DNA of 36,140 nucleotides from a virus (Duplodnaviria; Heunggongvirae; Uroviricota; Caudoviricetes): IMG/VR virus record IMGVR_UViG_2703718873_000026; one strand, 5' to 3'. Shown piece by piece: positions 1 to 8,440 of this stretch (position 1 is its first letter; each line of letters starts with the position of its first letter). The notes under the pieces were generated by a model. It saw only the letters and a program-made list of their open reading frames with translations, ran no database searches and was not told where the DNA came from. The position numbers and the translations under genes were made by a program.

Positions 1-1053
1 TTACGGGGTAATGCCAACCGCTGCCGCCACTTTGTCGCCACTTGGCAGCGTTGCCAGAGGATTGAAACGGAGCGCCGTTTCCAGATGATCCGGTGCCAGA
101 TGTGCGTAACGCATAGTCATTTTTATATCGTGGTGTCCGAGAATTTTTTGTAAGGCCAGAATGTTTCCACCCGACATCATGAAGTGCGCCGCAAACGTAT
201 GGCGCAGAACGTGTGTGAGTTGACCGCGAGGGAGCACGATAGACGTTTTTTCCATCACGGATAAAAATTGAAAATAGCAGTCTGTGAAGAAATTGAACCC
301 ATCAAGCGCCATGATCTCTTCGTAAAGCTCTTTACTGATAGGGATGCTTCTGTTTTTCTTCCCCTTCGTTCTTACAAAGGTAATTCGGTATTTGGTCACC
401 TGTGAACGAGTAAGATTTACGGCTTCTCGCCAGCGTGCGCCTGTGCTTAAGCATATCTTAACTACCAGTGCCAGAATTGGGTCCTGACGTTTGCAATCAG
501 CCAGTAATTCAACAATCTGCTCATGGGTAAGCCATGCCATCTCTTTTTCTGCGATGGTGAATTTTCGCATGTTCTCCAGTGGGTTCGGATACGACCATTC
601 GCCCAGGCGGGATAGTTCGCTAAAAACACTACTTAGATAGCTTTGCTCCAGGTTGATGGTGACCGGGCTTGCTCCTTTCTTCCATTTCTCGCTGAAGTAG
701 ATCTCACCTGTCAGGCGTTTATCTCGATAGTGGGCAAACATTTTAGAGGTTAGATCAGTTGCAAGGGGATTGCCCAGAGCGTCAACCATCAGCAGCAATT
801 TGTCATAGACATGCTGCCCAGCTGTCAGTGATTTACCATGTAGTTTGAACCATAGCTCAACCACGTCTTTCAGGGTTCGACGATCCACTGATTCGCCCAG
901 CCAGGGCTTTGATTCGGTTTCTTCCATCGTGTGACGCTCAAAAGCCAGAGCTTCGCCTTTGGTGGCGAATTGTTTACGCACACGACGCCCACTTCGTCCG
1001 GCGGGGTAACATTCGCAAAGCCATTTCCCTGTGGTGAGTTTTCGTACTGCCAT
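1..1053 (-). CDS. int: tyrosine integrase, P2 Int-like
   Basis: ORF track 1..1209 (-). From the internal ATG (1051-1053) the product begins MAVRKLTTGKW..RSGRRVRKQF, colinear with P2 Int (MAIKKL..). C-terminal catalytic region HVLRHTFAAHF .. LGHHDIKMTMRYAH. The 52 upstream codons look like a non-coding extension. Stop at 1-3. Confidence 0.9.
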   Translation of the reverse strand: MAVRKLTTGKWLCECYPAGRSGRRVRKQFATKGEALAFERHTMEETESKPWLGESVDRRTLKDVVELWFKLHGKSLTAGQHVYDKLLLMVDALGNPLATDLTSKMFAHYRDKRLTGEIYFSEKWKKGASPVTINLEQSYLSSVFSELSRLGEWSYPNPLENMRKFTIAEKEMAWLTHEQIVELLADCKRQDPILALVVKICLSTGARWREAVNLTRSQVTKYRITFVRTKGKKNRSIPISKELYEEIMALDGFNFFTDCYFQFLSVMEKTSIVLPRGQLTHVLRHTFAAHFMMSGGNILALQKILGHHDIKMTMRYAHLAPDHLETALRFNPLATLPSGDKVAAAVGITP

Positions 1054-1241
1054 AAAAAATGCCCTCCAGTAGAGAGCATTTTTACTGTATATATAACCAG
1101 TGTCAATGTATGAAATCCTACGACCATACATCTCACTGAAGCCATAATGAAGTTGGCTATTCTTTTTGCTATGTGAGCATGTAACTTTTGCGGTTAACCT
1201 GCGGCTCATTTTTATTTTAGACGCAGATATAAAAGCAAAAG

Positions 1242-1433
1242 TTATCGTGAGTTTTTAGTACAGATTTTTTTGGATTTACTAATAGTTCCATCATTGCAAA
1301 CGAATTTGCCATCTGAGGTACAGTGAGAAACACCTCCCTTTTTCCCTGAGCAGGGATAATTTCTAGCATAGGTAGTTAGTGGGTTTAATAACAAAGAACA
1401 TGACAAAACCACAAAAAATACCTTACCAAGCAT
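1242..1433 (-). CDS. small secreted cysteine-rich basic peptide (63 aa, predicted signal peptide), hypothetical moron
   Basis: ATG at 1431-1433 preceded by GGGAGGAAA; starts 16 nt after the cI stop, so probably co-transcribed cI-peptide-int. N-terminal hydrophobic stretch ending TYA|RN, then 4 Cys and many Lys. Locally AT-rich. Confidence 0.55.
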   Translation of the reverse strand: MLGKVFFVVLSCSLLLNPLTTYARNYPCSGKKGGVSHCTSDGKFVCNDGTISKSKKICTKNSR

Positions 1434-1448
1434 AGTTTCCTCCCGGTA

Positions 1449-2018
1449 CTATTTAACATACTTGACTGTTAAACTTATAATTTTACCAATTATTTCAATG
1501 TCTTCTATCTTGCATTCGAAGGCTCTGTTTCCACCCTCGACGAAGATTCTTCCACCGGGTAAACGAGTAATGTCACGGATCGTTATTTCGCCATCAATAC
1601 TTATTACCCATTTACCATCACGTATATCATCAAATTCTTTATCACAAATAAATTCAGAATTGTTATCTGTGATGACAAAAGGTTTTTTAAACGTAGAGGG
1701 TAGAAATCCCTTATCAAAAATATAAAAACCGTCTTTCTGCAATGCTCCATCAGACAATAAATATTTTTCTACTTCTATAGTATTTGTATTTGCTGATGCT
1801 TGCTTTGAACCATGCCCTGTTGTTAGCCAATTAAGCGAGGTGCCCGTTTCAAGGGCGCACTGGATTACCCAATCTGCTGGAAAAATATCACGCATATAGC
1901 GCGTTGCCATGGTGCTCTTAGAAACACCTAAATGATCACAGAGAGCCTGACGGGTACCGAACCCATATGCTTCAACTAAACGTTCTATGGCTTTCTTACC
2001 GCCGCTATTGAAATCCAC
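1449..2018 (-). CDS. cI: phage 186-type CI immunity repressor (HTH)
   Basis: ORF track 1449..2105. HTH ..CDHLGVSKSTMATRYMRD.. and the rest (..CALETG..L.WL.TG.. ; ..ISIDGEITIRDITRLPGG..FECKIEDI..) are colinear with 186 CI. Probable GTG start at 2016-2018 preceded by GGAGG, giving about 189 aa (186 CI is 192 aa). The longer ATG start at 2105 is not excluded. Confidence 0.8.
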   Translation of the reverse strand: MDFNSGGKKAIERLVEAYGFGTRQALCDHLGVSKSTMATRYMRDIFPADWVIQCALETGTSLNWLTTGHGSKQASANTNTIEVEKYLLSDGALQKDGFYIFDKGFLPSTFKKPFVITDNNSEFICDKEFDDIRDGKWVISIDGEITIRDITRLPGGRIFVEGGNRAFECKIEDIEIIGKIISLTVKYVK

Positions 2019-2045
2019 AAGTCCTCCAAAGAAATCCAAAATTCG

Positions 2046-2074
2046 TTGACAGATTCCAAAAGCGATCTTAAAGT
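2046..2074 (+). promoter_or_regulatory. candidate rightward early promoter (pR-like): -35 TTGACA, 17-bp spacer, -10 TAAAGT
   Basis: TTGACA at about 2046-2051 and TAAAGT at about 2069-2074 between the cI start and junction site A; position fits the 186 pR/pL switch region. Sequence match only. Confidence 0.3.
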
Positions 2075-2200
2075 TGAACCAGAAGTGTTCTTTTGGAGCC
2101 TTCACTACTAATCACGACAAACAACGGCTCGCCACAAGCCATATCTAGAAGGAATGTTGCCTTATGACACCTAACATTTCAATTACTCTGAATACACCAC

Positions 2201-2226
2201 ATGTCACAATCGAAGGTATGTGAGAA
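2201..2226. other. invertase crossover-like site A (hybrid): ATGTCACAATCG-AA-GGTATGTGAGAA
   Basis: 12-2-12 layout. Right half GGTATGTGAGAA is 10/12 identical to the GGTTTGGGAGAA half-site found at 23382-23393 and (inverted) at 25349-25360. Core AA here versus TT at site B, as expected for inverted sites. Confidence 0.5.
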
Positions 2227-3262
2227 GACCAGTTACATCCTTTCCACTCAAATTAGTCAGCGTATTGTCCAGCGGTTGTTTACCTGCCAGTGCATTAAGC
2301 ATTGTCGTGGCAAAGTTCGGGTCATTCCCCAGCGCCGCCGCCAGTTCGTTCAGTGTATCCAGTGCCGCAGGTGCAGAACCCACCATTGCCGCAATCGCCG
2401 ATTTCACAAATGCCGTGGTGGCAATTTGTGTATTGTTGACCGACTGTGCCGCAGTAGGTGCGGTTGGCGTTCCGGTGAGTGCCGGACTCGACAGCGGCGC
2501 TTTCAGTGCCAGCGCATTGTTAATGGTGGTACTGAATTTCGGATCATTGTTAATGGCTGCGGCTATTTCTTTCAGCGTGTCCAGCGTGGCTGGCGCACCA
2601 TTAATAAGAGCCGTCAGAGCCGCCTGAACAAACTCGGTGGTCGCAATCTGCGTGGTGTTATTCCCTGCTGCTGGCGTTGGCGCTTTGGGTGTCCCGGTAA
2701 ACGTCGGACTTTCTTTGGGTGCATACTGTGAATGCGGGTCCGGTGCGGCAAGATGTTTTGCCATCTGATCATCCGCGTACACCTTCAGCTCCAGTGCTTT
2801 GTCATCCACATACTTGCGGGTTGCCAGCACTACAGCAGGGTCGATTTTCAGGGTGATATTGTCCGTGCTGCTGGTAATCAGCACCATGCGCACGGTCTGA
2901 GTGCGCCCGCTACCTTCAGCCAGTTGCGGCTTATAGCTTTCCGGGCAGTTGCCCACGGCAATCAATGCCCCGGACTCATCAAACAAGCCCACTTCACGTA
3001 TCCACCAACCGCCCTCGTTTTCAGGGATCACCTGTTCGGCAATAATCTGACTGCTGTTCTGCGGGTCGATATAGAGCATATTCAGCGCAGCCCGGCGTTT
3101 CTCATTTACCAGTGCAGCCTGCTTTGAGTCTGGCGTTGGCAATACTCCGCCGCCATCGCCGACCGCCATATGGGTAATTTTTAGCGGCACACCGAGCGCG
3201 GCGGCGCTGGCAAGTTTCGCCGCGCCAATATCCGTCAGCAGGGTATAAAATTTTGTGCTCAT
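2204..3262 (-). CDS. H: tail fibre protein, P2 gpH-like constant N-terminal part (352 aa), cut off at crossover site A
   Basis: MSTKFYTLLTDIGAAKLA..MAVGDGGG..ESYKP..AEGSGR.. is colinear with the P2 H N-terminus. Ends ..GLLTY then LRL-stop, read from the site A half and core; no receptor-binding C-terminal domain attached. Confidence 0.85.
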   Translation of the reverse strand: MSTKFYTLLTDIGAAKLASAAALGVPLKITHMAVGDGGGVLPTPDSKQAALVNEKRRAALNMLYIDPQNSSQIIAEQVIPENEGGWWIREVGLFDESGALIAVGNCPESYKPQLAEGSGRTQTVRMVLITSSTDNITLKIDPAVVLATRKYVDDKALELKVYADDQMAKHLAAPDPHSQYAPKESPTFTGTPKAPTPAAGNNTTQIATTEFVQAALTALINGAPATLDTLKEIAAAINNDPKFSTTINNALALKAPLSSPALTGTPTAPTAAQSVNNTQIATTAFVKSAIAAMVGSAPAALDTLNELAAALGNDPNFATTMLNALAGKQPLDNTLTNLSGKDVTGLLTYLRL

Positions 3263-3864
3263 GGATTCACTCTCATTGTGTCAATAACATGGACCGCCCC
3301 GCCTTCATGCGCGGTGCCGCCAGAAATAATTGTTTCGTTGATATACGGATAGATCGTGATTTCTTCGCCAAGATAGCTGGCGGCCCCCACCCAATGCGGA
3401 CCGCTGGTCTGCAGATTGATGGACATGCCGATCATGTGACGGCTACATGGTTTGGCATCGCTTATCAGCCGCTCAAGTTCCAGATAGGTATCTTCAGTGA
3501 TGCCCTGGTCCTGCACGCCGATATCCAGGCGAAACGTGCCCGGTGTTTCTCCGGTCTGCCACCACTCAATAATGCGGATCAGGAATCCGAACGGTTCCAC
3601 CACCCGCCGCACGGCACTGGTGGTCCCTTTATGCTGATGAATATAAAAAGCATCCTTCACTACCTGGCGTTTGACGCTTTCTGTCCAGCCCTCGTCCCAG
3701 CGATCCACAGAGAACGCCCAGGCGAGATAAGGCAGGAAGCTGACCGGACAGGTAGCCGGATTCCACAAGTCACGCAGCGGCACCTGCAGATCAGAAATCC
3801 CGCTACAGGTTTGCGCCAGTCGGCGCTCCAGTGAAGTTGAACCCGGTGGCAGCAGACTATTCAT
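3259..3864 (-). CDS. I: baseplate assembly protein, P2 gpI-like
   Basis: ..LWNP.TCP...LPYLAWAFSVDRWDE.W..GTFRLDIGV.. colinear with P2 I; ATG at 3862-3864. Confidence 0.85.
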   Translation of the reverse strand: MNSLLPPGSTSLERRLAQTCSGISDLQVPLRDLWNPATCPVSFLPYLAWAFSVDRWDEGWTESVKRQVVKDAFYIHQHKGTTSAVRRVVEPFGFLIRIIEWWQTGETPGTFRLDIGVQDQGITEDTYLELERLISDAKPCSRHMIGMSINLQTSGPHWVGAASYLGEEITIYPYINETIISGGTAHEGGAVHVIDTMRVNP

Positions 3865-4765
3865 CCGTTCCTCCGTTGGTTACGCTCCACTGCGTACATG
3901 ATGCCGCCTGTGTTTTGTTCAGGACCACATCCGCCAGCGGAGAAGCCAGTTCCACACGTTGAACACCCTCAACATGCAGAGCAGCAAAGATGGCGCTACG
4001 GCGAATATCCCGACCAAGCCTCGTCTGGCTGGCAATGTACTTCTGCAGACTGGCTTTTGCCGCTGCCATTACCGGCTCTGCTTCCGGTCCCGGATAGAGA
4101 AAAATGGTGGCTTCCACGCGATACGGGATGATTTCTGCGCTGCGAACCGTAAGACGGTCAGCCACCGGGCGGACGTTCTCACTGTTCAGAGCTTTTTCCA
4201 CCACGTCCAGCAGGTCTTTTTCTGCAGTTCCATCGCCTTCGCGGCTAAGGACAGTCAGCACCACCTCTGCAGGTGCCGGGCTGGTTGCACTGGCATCCGC
4301 TACCCGACCGTCGGCGCTTCGGGCATGAAATTCATAAGCTGCAGTTGGCCCCGCAACAGAAAGCCCTTCAAAGGCTGCAGGCACACGCAGGCGTAACGCT
4401 TCATCGCTTTCCATCACAGCTGCAACGGGCGGCACAGCATCATTATCAGCAGGCGTCACCGTCAGGCGTGTCACGTTGTAGTTGGCAGCGAGCTGGTCAA
4501 GATCGCCGCCCATCGCGTAAGCCACCATCACCGCCTGCGCGGCTTCGTTAATGCGCTGGCGCAGAAGCAACTCACGGTAAGCGCTCTCCTGCAACAATTT
4601 AGTGACGGGTTCAGATTCCAGTTCCAGCGTGCGGATCACGGCTTCCTGCTCATCTTTCGGATGAAGCGCAACAAATTGGGCCTTGCGTTCGGCAAGCAGC
4701 GTCTCAAAGTCCGGCACATCCACAATCTGCGGTGCAGGCAACTGCGAAAGGTCAATCACTGCCAT
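3857..4765 (-). CDS. J: baseplate assembly protein, P2 gpJ-like
   Basis: From the internal ATG (4763-4765): MAVIDLSQLPAP..RTLELESEP..RLGRDIRRSAIFAALHVEGVQRVELASPLADVVLN.., colinear with P2 J (MPIIDLNQLPAP..). ORF track start 4804 is an upstream extension. Confidence 0.85.
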   Translation of the reverse strand: MAVIDLSQLPAPQIVDVPDFETLLAERKAQFVALHPKDEQEAVIRTLELESEPVTKLLQESAYRELLLRQRINEAAQAVMVAYAMGGDLDQLAANYNVTRLTVTPADNDAVPPVAAVMESDEALRLRVPAAFEGLSVAGPTAAYEFHARSADGRVADASATSPAPAEVVLTVLSREGDGTAEKDLLDVVEKALNSENVRPVADRLTVRSAEIIPYRVEATIFLYPGPEAEPVMAAAKASLQKYIASQTRLGRDIRRSAIFAALHVEGVQRVELASPLADVVLNKTQAASCTQWSVTNGGTDE

Positions 4766-5111
4766 TCTCTGCTCCTGTTGATACGGAAAGGGACACAGGC
4801 ACACCGTTATTCCGCCGCCCGGTCAGCTCCACCACCATAGAACCGTCAAAGTTGCTGTTGATGGTGATGGAATCCAGCGTCAGCCGTGGCTCCCAGCGAC
4901 TCAGCGCCACATACACTGCCGACATGACCTGCAGGCGTAATGCCGGATTTTGTGGCTGATCTATTAAAACCGACAGGAGGGAACCATATTCTCGGCGGGC
5001 AATGCGGCTACCCTGCGGTGTCAGCAGAATGTCCCGCACCGACTGGCGCAGATGATCAATATCAGTAATGACTTTGCCGCTGGTATTGTTCATCCCGCTA
5101 TAAAGCGTCAT
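4752..5111 (-). CDS. W: baseplate protein, P2 gpW-like
   Basis: 119 aa; ..PQGSRIARREYGSLL..IDQPQNPAL.. matches the P2 W pattern. Confidence 0.8.
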   Translation of the reverse strand: MTLYSGMNNTSGKVITDIDHLRQSVRDILLTPQGSRIARREYGSLLSVLIDQPQNPALRLQVMSAVYVALSRWEPRLTLDSITINSNFDGSMVVELTGRRNNGVPVSLSVSTGAENGSD

Positions 5112-5686
5112 ACCGGGCCTCCGGTTGTATCGCCGCCTTTCAGGACGCCAGTATGCTGATGCGCATCAACCACAATCCCGTTAGAGCTCATCGCTCCGCC
5201 GCCCTGGGTAACGCCACCATTGATCACCACTTCGCTGTTAATACGCGTGCGGTCAGCCTCCAGCACAAACTCACTGGTTTTCAGGGTGATATTGTCAGCG
5301 GCCTCAATGACCATTGATTTGATGCCCCTGACATACCAGCGCCCGGTGGCGGGTTCGTATTCAAACCAGCCGCCGTCCGGGTATTCCGTCACGTTGCCGT
5401 CCTCAGAGCCTGAAGGTGGCGGAAACTGGTTTGAGTAGACCGCAGGCAGGGCAAACGCGGTTTCCAGATTGCCGCCAAGGCTGAACAGCACAACCTGCTC
5501 ACCCACAGACGGTTTCCACCAGGTGCGCGATTTGCCCGCGCGCAGTGTCAGCCAGTTAATCCAGTTGGTTTCGAGGTCGCCAGTTTTCACCCGACACAGC
5601 CAGTTTGCCCTGTCCACTTCGGTGACTACACCTGTGCGGATCAGGTTGGTGATAAGGCGCATGATTTCGGTTAATTGTGCGTTCAT
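5108..5686 (-). CDS. V: baseplate spike/assembly protein, P2 gpV-like
   Basis: 192 aa; ..RSRTWWKPSVGEQVV..HQHTG..GGDTTGGPV resembles P2 V. Confidence 0.8.
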   Translation of the reverse strand: MNAQLTEIMRLITNLIRTGVVTEVDRANWLCRVKTGDLETNWINWLTLRAGKSRTWWKPSVGEQVVLFSLGGNLETAFALPAVYSNQFPPPSGSEDGNVTEYPDGGWFEYEPATGRWYVRGIKSMVIEAADNITLKTSEFVLEADRTRINSEVVINGGVTQGGGAMSSNGIVVDAHQHTGVLKGGDTTGGPV

Positions 5687-5732
5687 AGGGAAAGGTTGCC
5701 ATCAGGGGAAGAAAGGCGGCAGTGCTGCAACT

Positions 5733-5750
5733 TGTATCAGTGCTGATACA
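5733..5750. promoter_or_regulatory. late-promoter activator dyad TGT-N12-ACA (Ogr/B-type), upstream of V
   Basis: Perfect palindrome TGTATCAGTGCTGATACA in the S-V intergenic region, the position of P2 late promoter PV. Confidence 0.5.
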
Positions 5751-5754
5751 AAGA

Positions 5755-6201
5755 TCACCCCGCCAGCCATTGCAGAATCATGTCGCGGGTCATTGCCTCA
5801 ACATCATCATTTACACCCAGAAGGCGACGCTCTGCGTAACGGACCTCAGGTCCTTTGCGACTGACACGATCGCGCAAGCCGTAATGGTGAACACGGGCAA
5901 TGCGCTGCACCTTACCTTCAAACTGCACGCTGGCAGAGTCGGCGCTGGCGGCAGTTTTCAGGTATTTTGTGGTGCGAAGTTTTGTAAACATCTGCCGTTT
6001 GATACGGCCTTTTTTACTGCGTGCTGTTACTCGCCTCGGTTCATAGCTGCTGCCATCAGGATTGCGTTGCATCCTGATGTTCTGCTGCTGTGTCCGGCGC
6101 AGTTCCTGCGCCAGCTGGCGCATCATGCGGCTTCTGGCGGCTGGTTCCAGATTCGCCAGCAAGGCACTCAGCCAGTCGTCCACTTTCTGCAGTTCAGCCA
6201 C
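5755..6201 (-). CDS. S: tail completion protein, P2 gpS-like
   Basis: 148 aa; ..RNPDGSSYEPR..RIARVHHYGLRDRV..RRLLGV.. as in P2 S. Start appears to be GTG; exact start uncertain. Confidence 0.75.
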   Translation of the reverse strand: MAELQKVDDWLSALLANLEPAARSRMMRQLAQELRRTQQQNIRMQRNPDGSSYEPRRVTARSKKGRIKRQMFTKLRTTKYLKTAASADSASVQFEGKVQRIARVHHYGLRDRVSRKGPEVRYAERRLLGVNDDVEAMTRDMILQWLAG

Positions 6202-6625
6202 GTTTCACCGTCCACATTTCTTCAGGTTCATCAGGTTCCGCTATAGCTTCAACACTCGACACACTACCGTCAGTGCTGACCAGCACACGCTCCGTCAGTT
6301 GCAGGTTCAGGCTGATATCACAGACATCGTTGCGCAGAATATCCACCTCAAAGGTGAATAGTTTTTCCCGTAACGCCGGGTTATTGATGGCATCGGGCTG
6401 GTTATCCCTCAGCCACAGCAAAACCGGGGCCATCAGCAGATTCTGGTCGCCGCTGAAATCCTCAATCACCGCGTTCAGGGTGTAACGGTACTCCCACGAC
6501 ATGGAGCTGGCCCCCGTGGCAACCAGCGAACCGTTATCCACAAACAGATGCAGTTTGTCCGGGTTATTGCGGACATAAGGCACCGCTTTATTGAGGGCGT
6601 GGCGCAGGGATTGTGGTTTGTTCAC
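6194..6625 (-). CDS. R: tail completion protein, P2 gpR-like
   Basis: Likely GTG start at 6623-6625 preceded by AGGAG, giving (M)NKPQSLRHALN..FVDNGS..RYTLN..LLWLRDNQPD.. (P2 R starts MLKPDSLRRAL). ORF track extends to 6646. Confidence 0.75.
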   Translation of the reverse strand: MNKPQSLRHALNKAVPYVRNNPDKLHLFVDNGSLVATGASSMSWEYRYTLNAVIEDFSGDQNLLMAPVLLWLRDNQPDAINNPALREKLFTFEVDILRNDVCDISLNLQLTERVLVSTDGSVSSVEAIAEPDEPEEMWTVKRG

Positions 6626-6878
6626 TGTTTCGCTCCTGACACGCAATAATCATGTCCACTTTGTCTGCACAGACCGCCCAGGCGGCCTCCGTTTCATCCA
6701 GCAACGCGTTCAGATCACCGTTAGTGCGCGGCGCTGCCTGATCCAGCCAACACGGCGTCACTCGCGGACAACCACTGACGGTAAGCTGCACCTCCGGTGA
6801 GCGTCGGACGTTCCCGCAGCCGGATAATGTCAGCAGGCAAAGGAGTATCAGCCCAGCGGCGTAAATCCTCGTTCTCAC
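6588..6878 (-). CDS. lysC: outer-membrane spanin lipoprotein (LysC/Rz1-like)
   Basis: Signal peptide with lipobox LTLSGC; begins inside lysB in a different frame and overlaps the R start. Confidence 0.7.
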   Translation of the reverse strand: MRTRIYAAGLILLCLLTLSGCGNVRRSPEVQLTVSGCPRVTPCWLDQAAPRTNGDLNALLDETEAAWAVCADKVDMIIACQERNSEQTTIPAPRPQ

Positions 6879-7149
6879 GTTTCAGTTCCTCGATCCGGTG
6901 TTGTCGTTGTCTCAGCAGCGCGCTGGTCTGTTCTGCTTCGGCATAGAGCCGCGCCTGCTCCCGGTTATTGGTTTCAGTCAGAATGGACAGGCTGATAAGC
7001 TGGCTGTTGCTCTTTGCCAGTGCCTGGCTTTTGCTCTGCAGCTCGTCTGCCTGCGTGCTAATGGTCTGGCTGGCATCAGCCAGCCGCCACGTCTGCCAGC
7101 CCAGCGCCGCCAGTAATAACGCCAGCACAACCAGCAGCAACCGGTTCAT
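6721..7149 (-). CDS. lysB: inner-membrane spanin (LysB/Rz-like)
   Basis: N-terminal TM segment (LLLVVLALLLAALGW) then coiled-coil-like region; sits right after lysA as in P2. Confidence 0.75.
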   Translation of the reverse strand: MNRLLLVVLALLLAALGWQTWRLADASQTISTQADELQSKSQALAKSNSQLISLSILTETNNREQARLYAEAEQTSALLRQRQHRIEELKRENEDLRRWADTPLPADIIRLRERPTLTGGAAYRQWLSASDAVLAGSGSAAH

Positions 7150-7523
7150 GCTGCTACCTGTTGCGCCATCTGGTTACGGGTGATCCAGAAGGCAATAACG
7201 GTCAGTAGATAAAAGACCAGGGTAATAGCCCACCCCGTCCAGGCGAGACTTACAACAATCAGCAATCGCATCACCCAACTGATAAATACGTTTTCTTTTC
7301 GGGTAATTGTCTTCAGTAAAGATGCCCTTAACTCCTGCCAGAGCGGGCCATTCTTAATTAACGCAGCCAGTGCTACCGGAATTACCGCCCATGTCAGCAA
7401 ACCGGCTACCCAAACGCCGGACGCTGCCAGTACCGGAAAAATCCCCTGCGGATACACCATTGCTGCGATTAACAGCGCCATCCATAACATCAGAAACAGT
7501 CCGCTGATTAATTTCTTTTTCAT
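7146..7523 (-). CDS. lysA: lysis-timing membrane protein, P2 LysA-like
   Basis: ATG at 7521-7523 (MKKKLISGLFLMLW..) with several TM segments; ORF track extends to 7595. Confidence 0.7.
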   Translation of the reverse strand: MKKKLISGLFLMLWMALLIAAMVYPQGIFPVLAASGVWVAGLLTWAVIPVALAALIKNGPLWQELRASLLKTITRKENVFISWVMRLLIVVSLAWTGWAITLVFYLLTVIAFWITRNQMAQQVAA

Positions 7524-7524
7524 T

Positions 7525-8037
7525 TCAGTTTGCTCCCTGTAAACACCAGGCCATCTCCCGCGCACGGCGGTTATCCAGCCCCTGATTAAACACACCTTTT
7601 ACATAAACCCAGCGCTGCAACTGTCGGCACGCATCCGCCCAGCGCCGCTGATTGAGCAATTTCACCAGCGTGGAGCTGCAGGCATTGCCCGTCCCCACGT
7701 TGAAGGCAAACGACACCGCAGCGTCATACACCTTCTGCGGTGGCTGTTGCTTCACACACCTTTCCAGTGCCCGCTCCACACGCAGCACGTTGGAGATCAG
7801 CCCTTCTGCTGCCTGTCGTTCCGTGATTGTTTTGCCGGGAATAACGCCCGATGTATTACCAATGCCGTCGGTCCAGACACCCGCGCTGCACTGATACGGC
7901 TGCAGACGACAGCCTTCGTAATCAGCAATCAGTTTCAGCCCCTCCACGGAGGTGTGAAGCTGCTGAAAACCCGGCAGCGTGGCAGCAATAGCCAGCACGG
8001 CCCCGACAAGGCAGCGTTTAACGATTGATGGATTCAT
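7525..8037 (-). CDS. K: endolysin (lysozyme family, P2 gpK-like) with hydrophobic N-terminus suggesting a SAR signal
   Basis: 170 aa; ..LIADYEGCRLQPYQCSAGVWTDGIGNT.. lysozyme catalytic region; N-terminal CLVGAVLAIAATLP. Confidence 0.8.
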   Translation of the reverse strand: MNPSIVKRCLVGAVLAIAATLPGFQQLHTSVEGLKLIADYEGCRLQPYQCSAGVWTDGIGNTSGVIPGKTITERQAAEGLISNVLRVERALERCVKQQPPQKVYDAAVSFAFNVGTGNACSSTLVKLLNQRRWADACRQLQRWVYVKGVFNQGLDNRRAREMAWCLQGAN

Positions 8038-8233
8038 AGTCCTCCCGCGAGATCTGCCCGTCGCGCAGAAGCTGGTAGGCTTTGTGTTTGTAGTACCAGT
8101 TGATAGCCAGCATCAGCACACCAATCATCAGGCCGCCCAGCGTTGAGGCATCCTTGATGGACAAATCGCCCAGCCAGGCCAGCACGACGGCGATGCAATA
8201 CGTGATAAAGGCGCTGATTCGCTCAAGCGTCAT
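8018..8233 (-). CDS. Y: holin, P2 gpY-like
   Basis: 71 aa, two hydrophobic helices, charged C-terminus; immediately upstream of K. Confidence 0.75.
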   Translation of the reverse strand: MTLERISAFITYCIAVVLAWLGDLSIKDASTLGGLMIGVLMLAINWYYKHKAYQLLRDGQISREDYESINR

Positions 8234-8236
8234 AAT

Positions 8237-8440
8237 TCAGTCCCATAGCTGGACGGTCTGCACGGTGGTGGTGGTCGGAATGTCCGGCAGCTCCACCTGC
8301 AGCCCGTGAGGTAAAAAGGGGCCGTATTCGGCAAGCCCCGGATTTGCCTTCAGTACCTGCTCCGTGACACCCTGCGTGCGCCCGTAATGACGCCAGCAAA
8401 GCGCGTCCACCGTGTCATACTGATGCGCACGCACTTTCAT
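8237..8440 (-). CDS. X: tail protein X (LysM-like), P2 gpX-like
   Basis: 67 aa; ..DT.DA.CWRHYGRT.GV.E.VL.ANPGLAE.G..LPHG..VELPD.. as in P2 X. Confidence 0.8.
   Translation of the reverse strand: MKVRAHQYDTVDALCWRHYGRTQGVTEQVLKANPGLAEYGPFLPHGLQVELPDIPTTTTVQTVQLWD

Noticed and set aside
1054-1209. 52-codon upstream extension of the integrase ORF
   Set aside because: Alignment to P2 Int starts at the internal ATG (MAVRKL..); the extension has no counterpart.
2201-2731. 176-aa Cys/Arg-rich plus-strand ORF antisense to the tail fibre gene
   Set aside because: Lies entirely opposite a well-supported structural gene; low-complexity composition typical of an antisense artefact.
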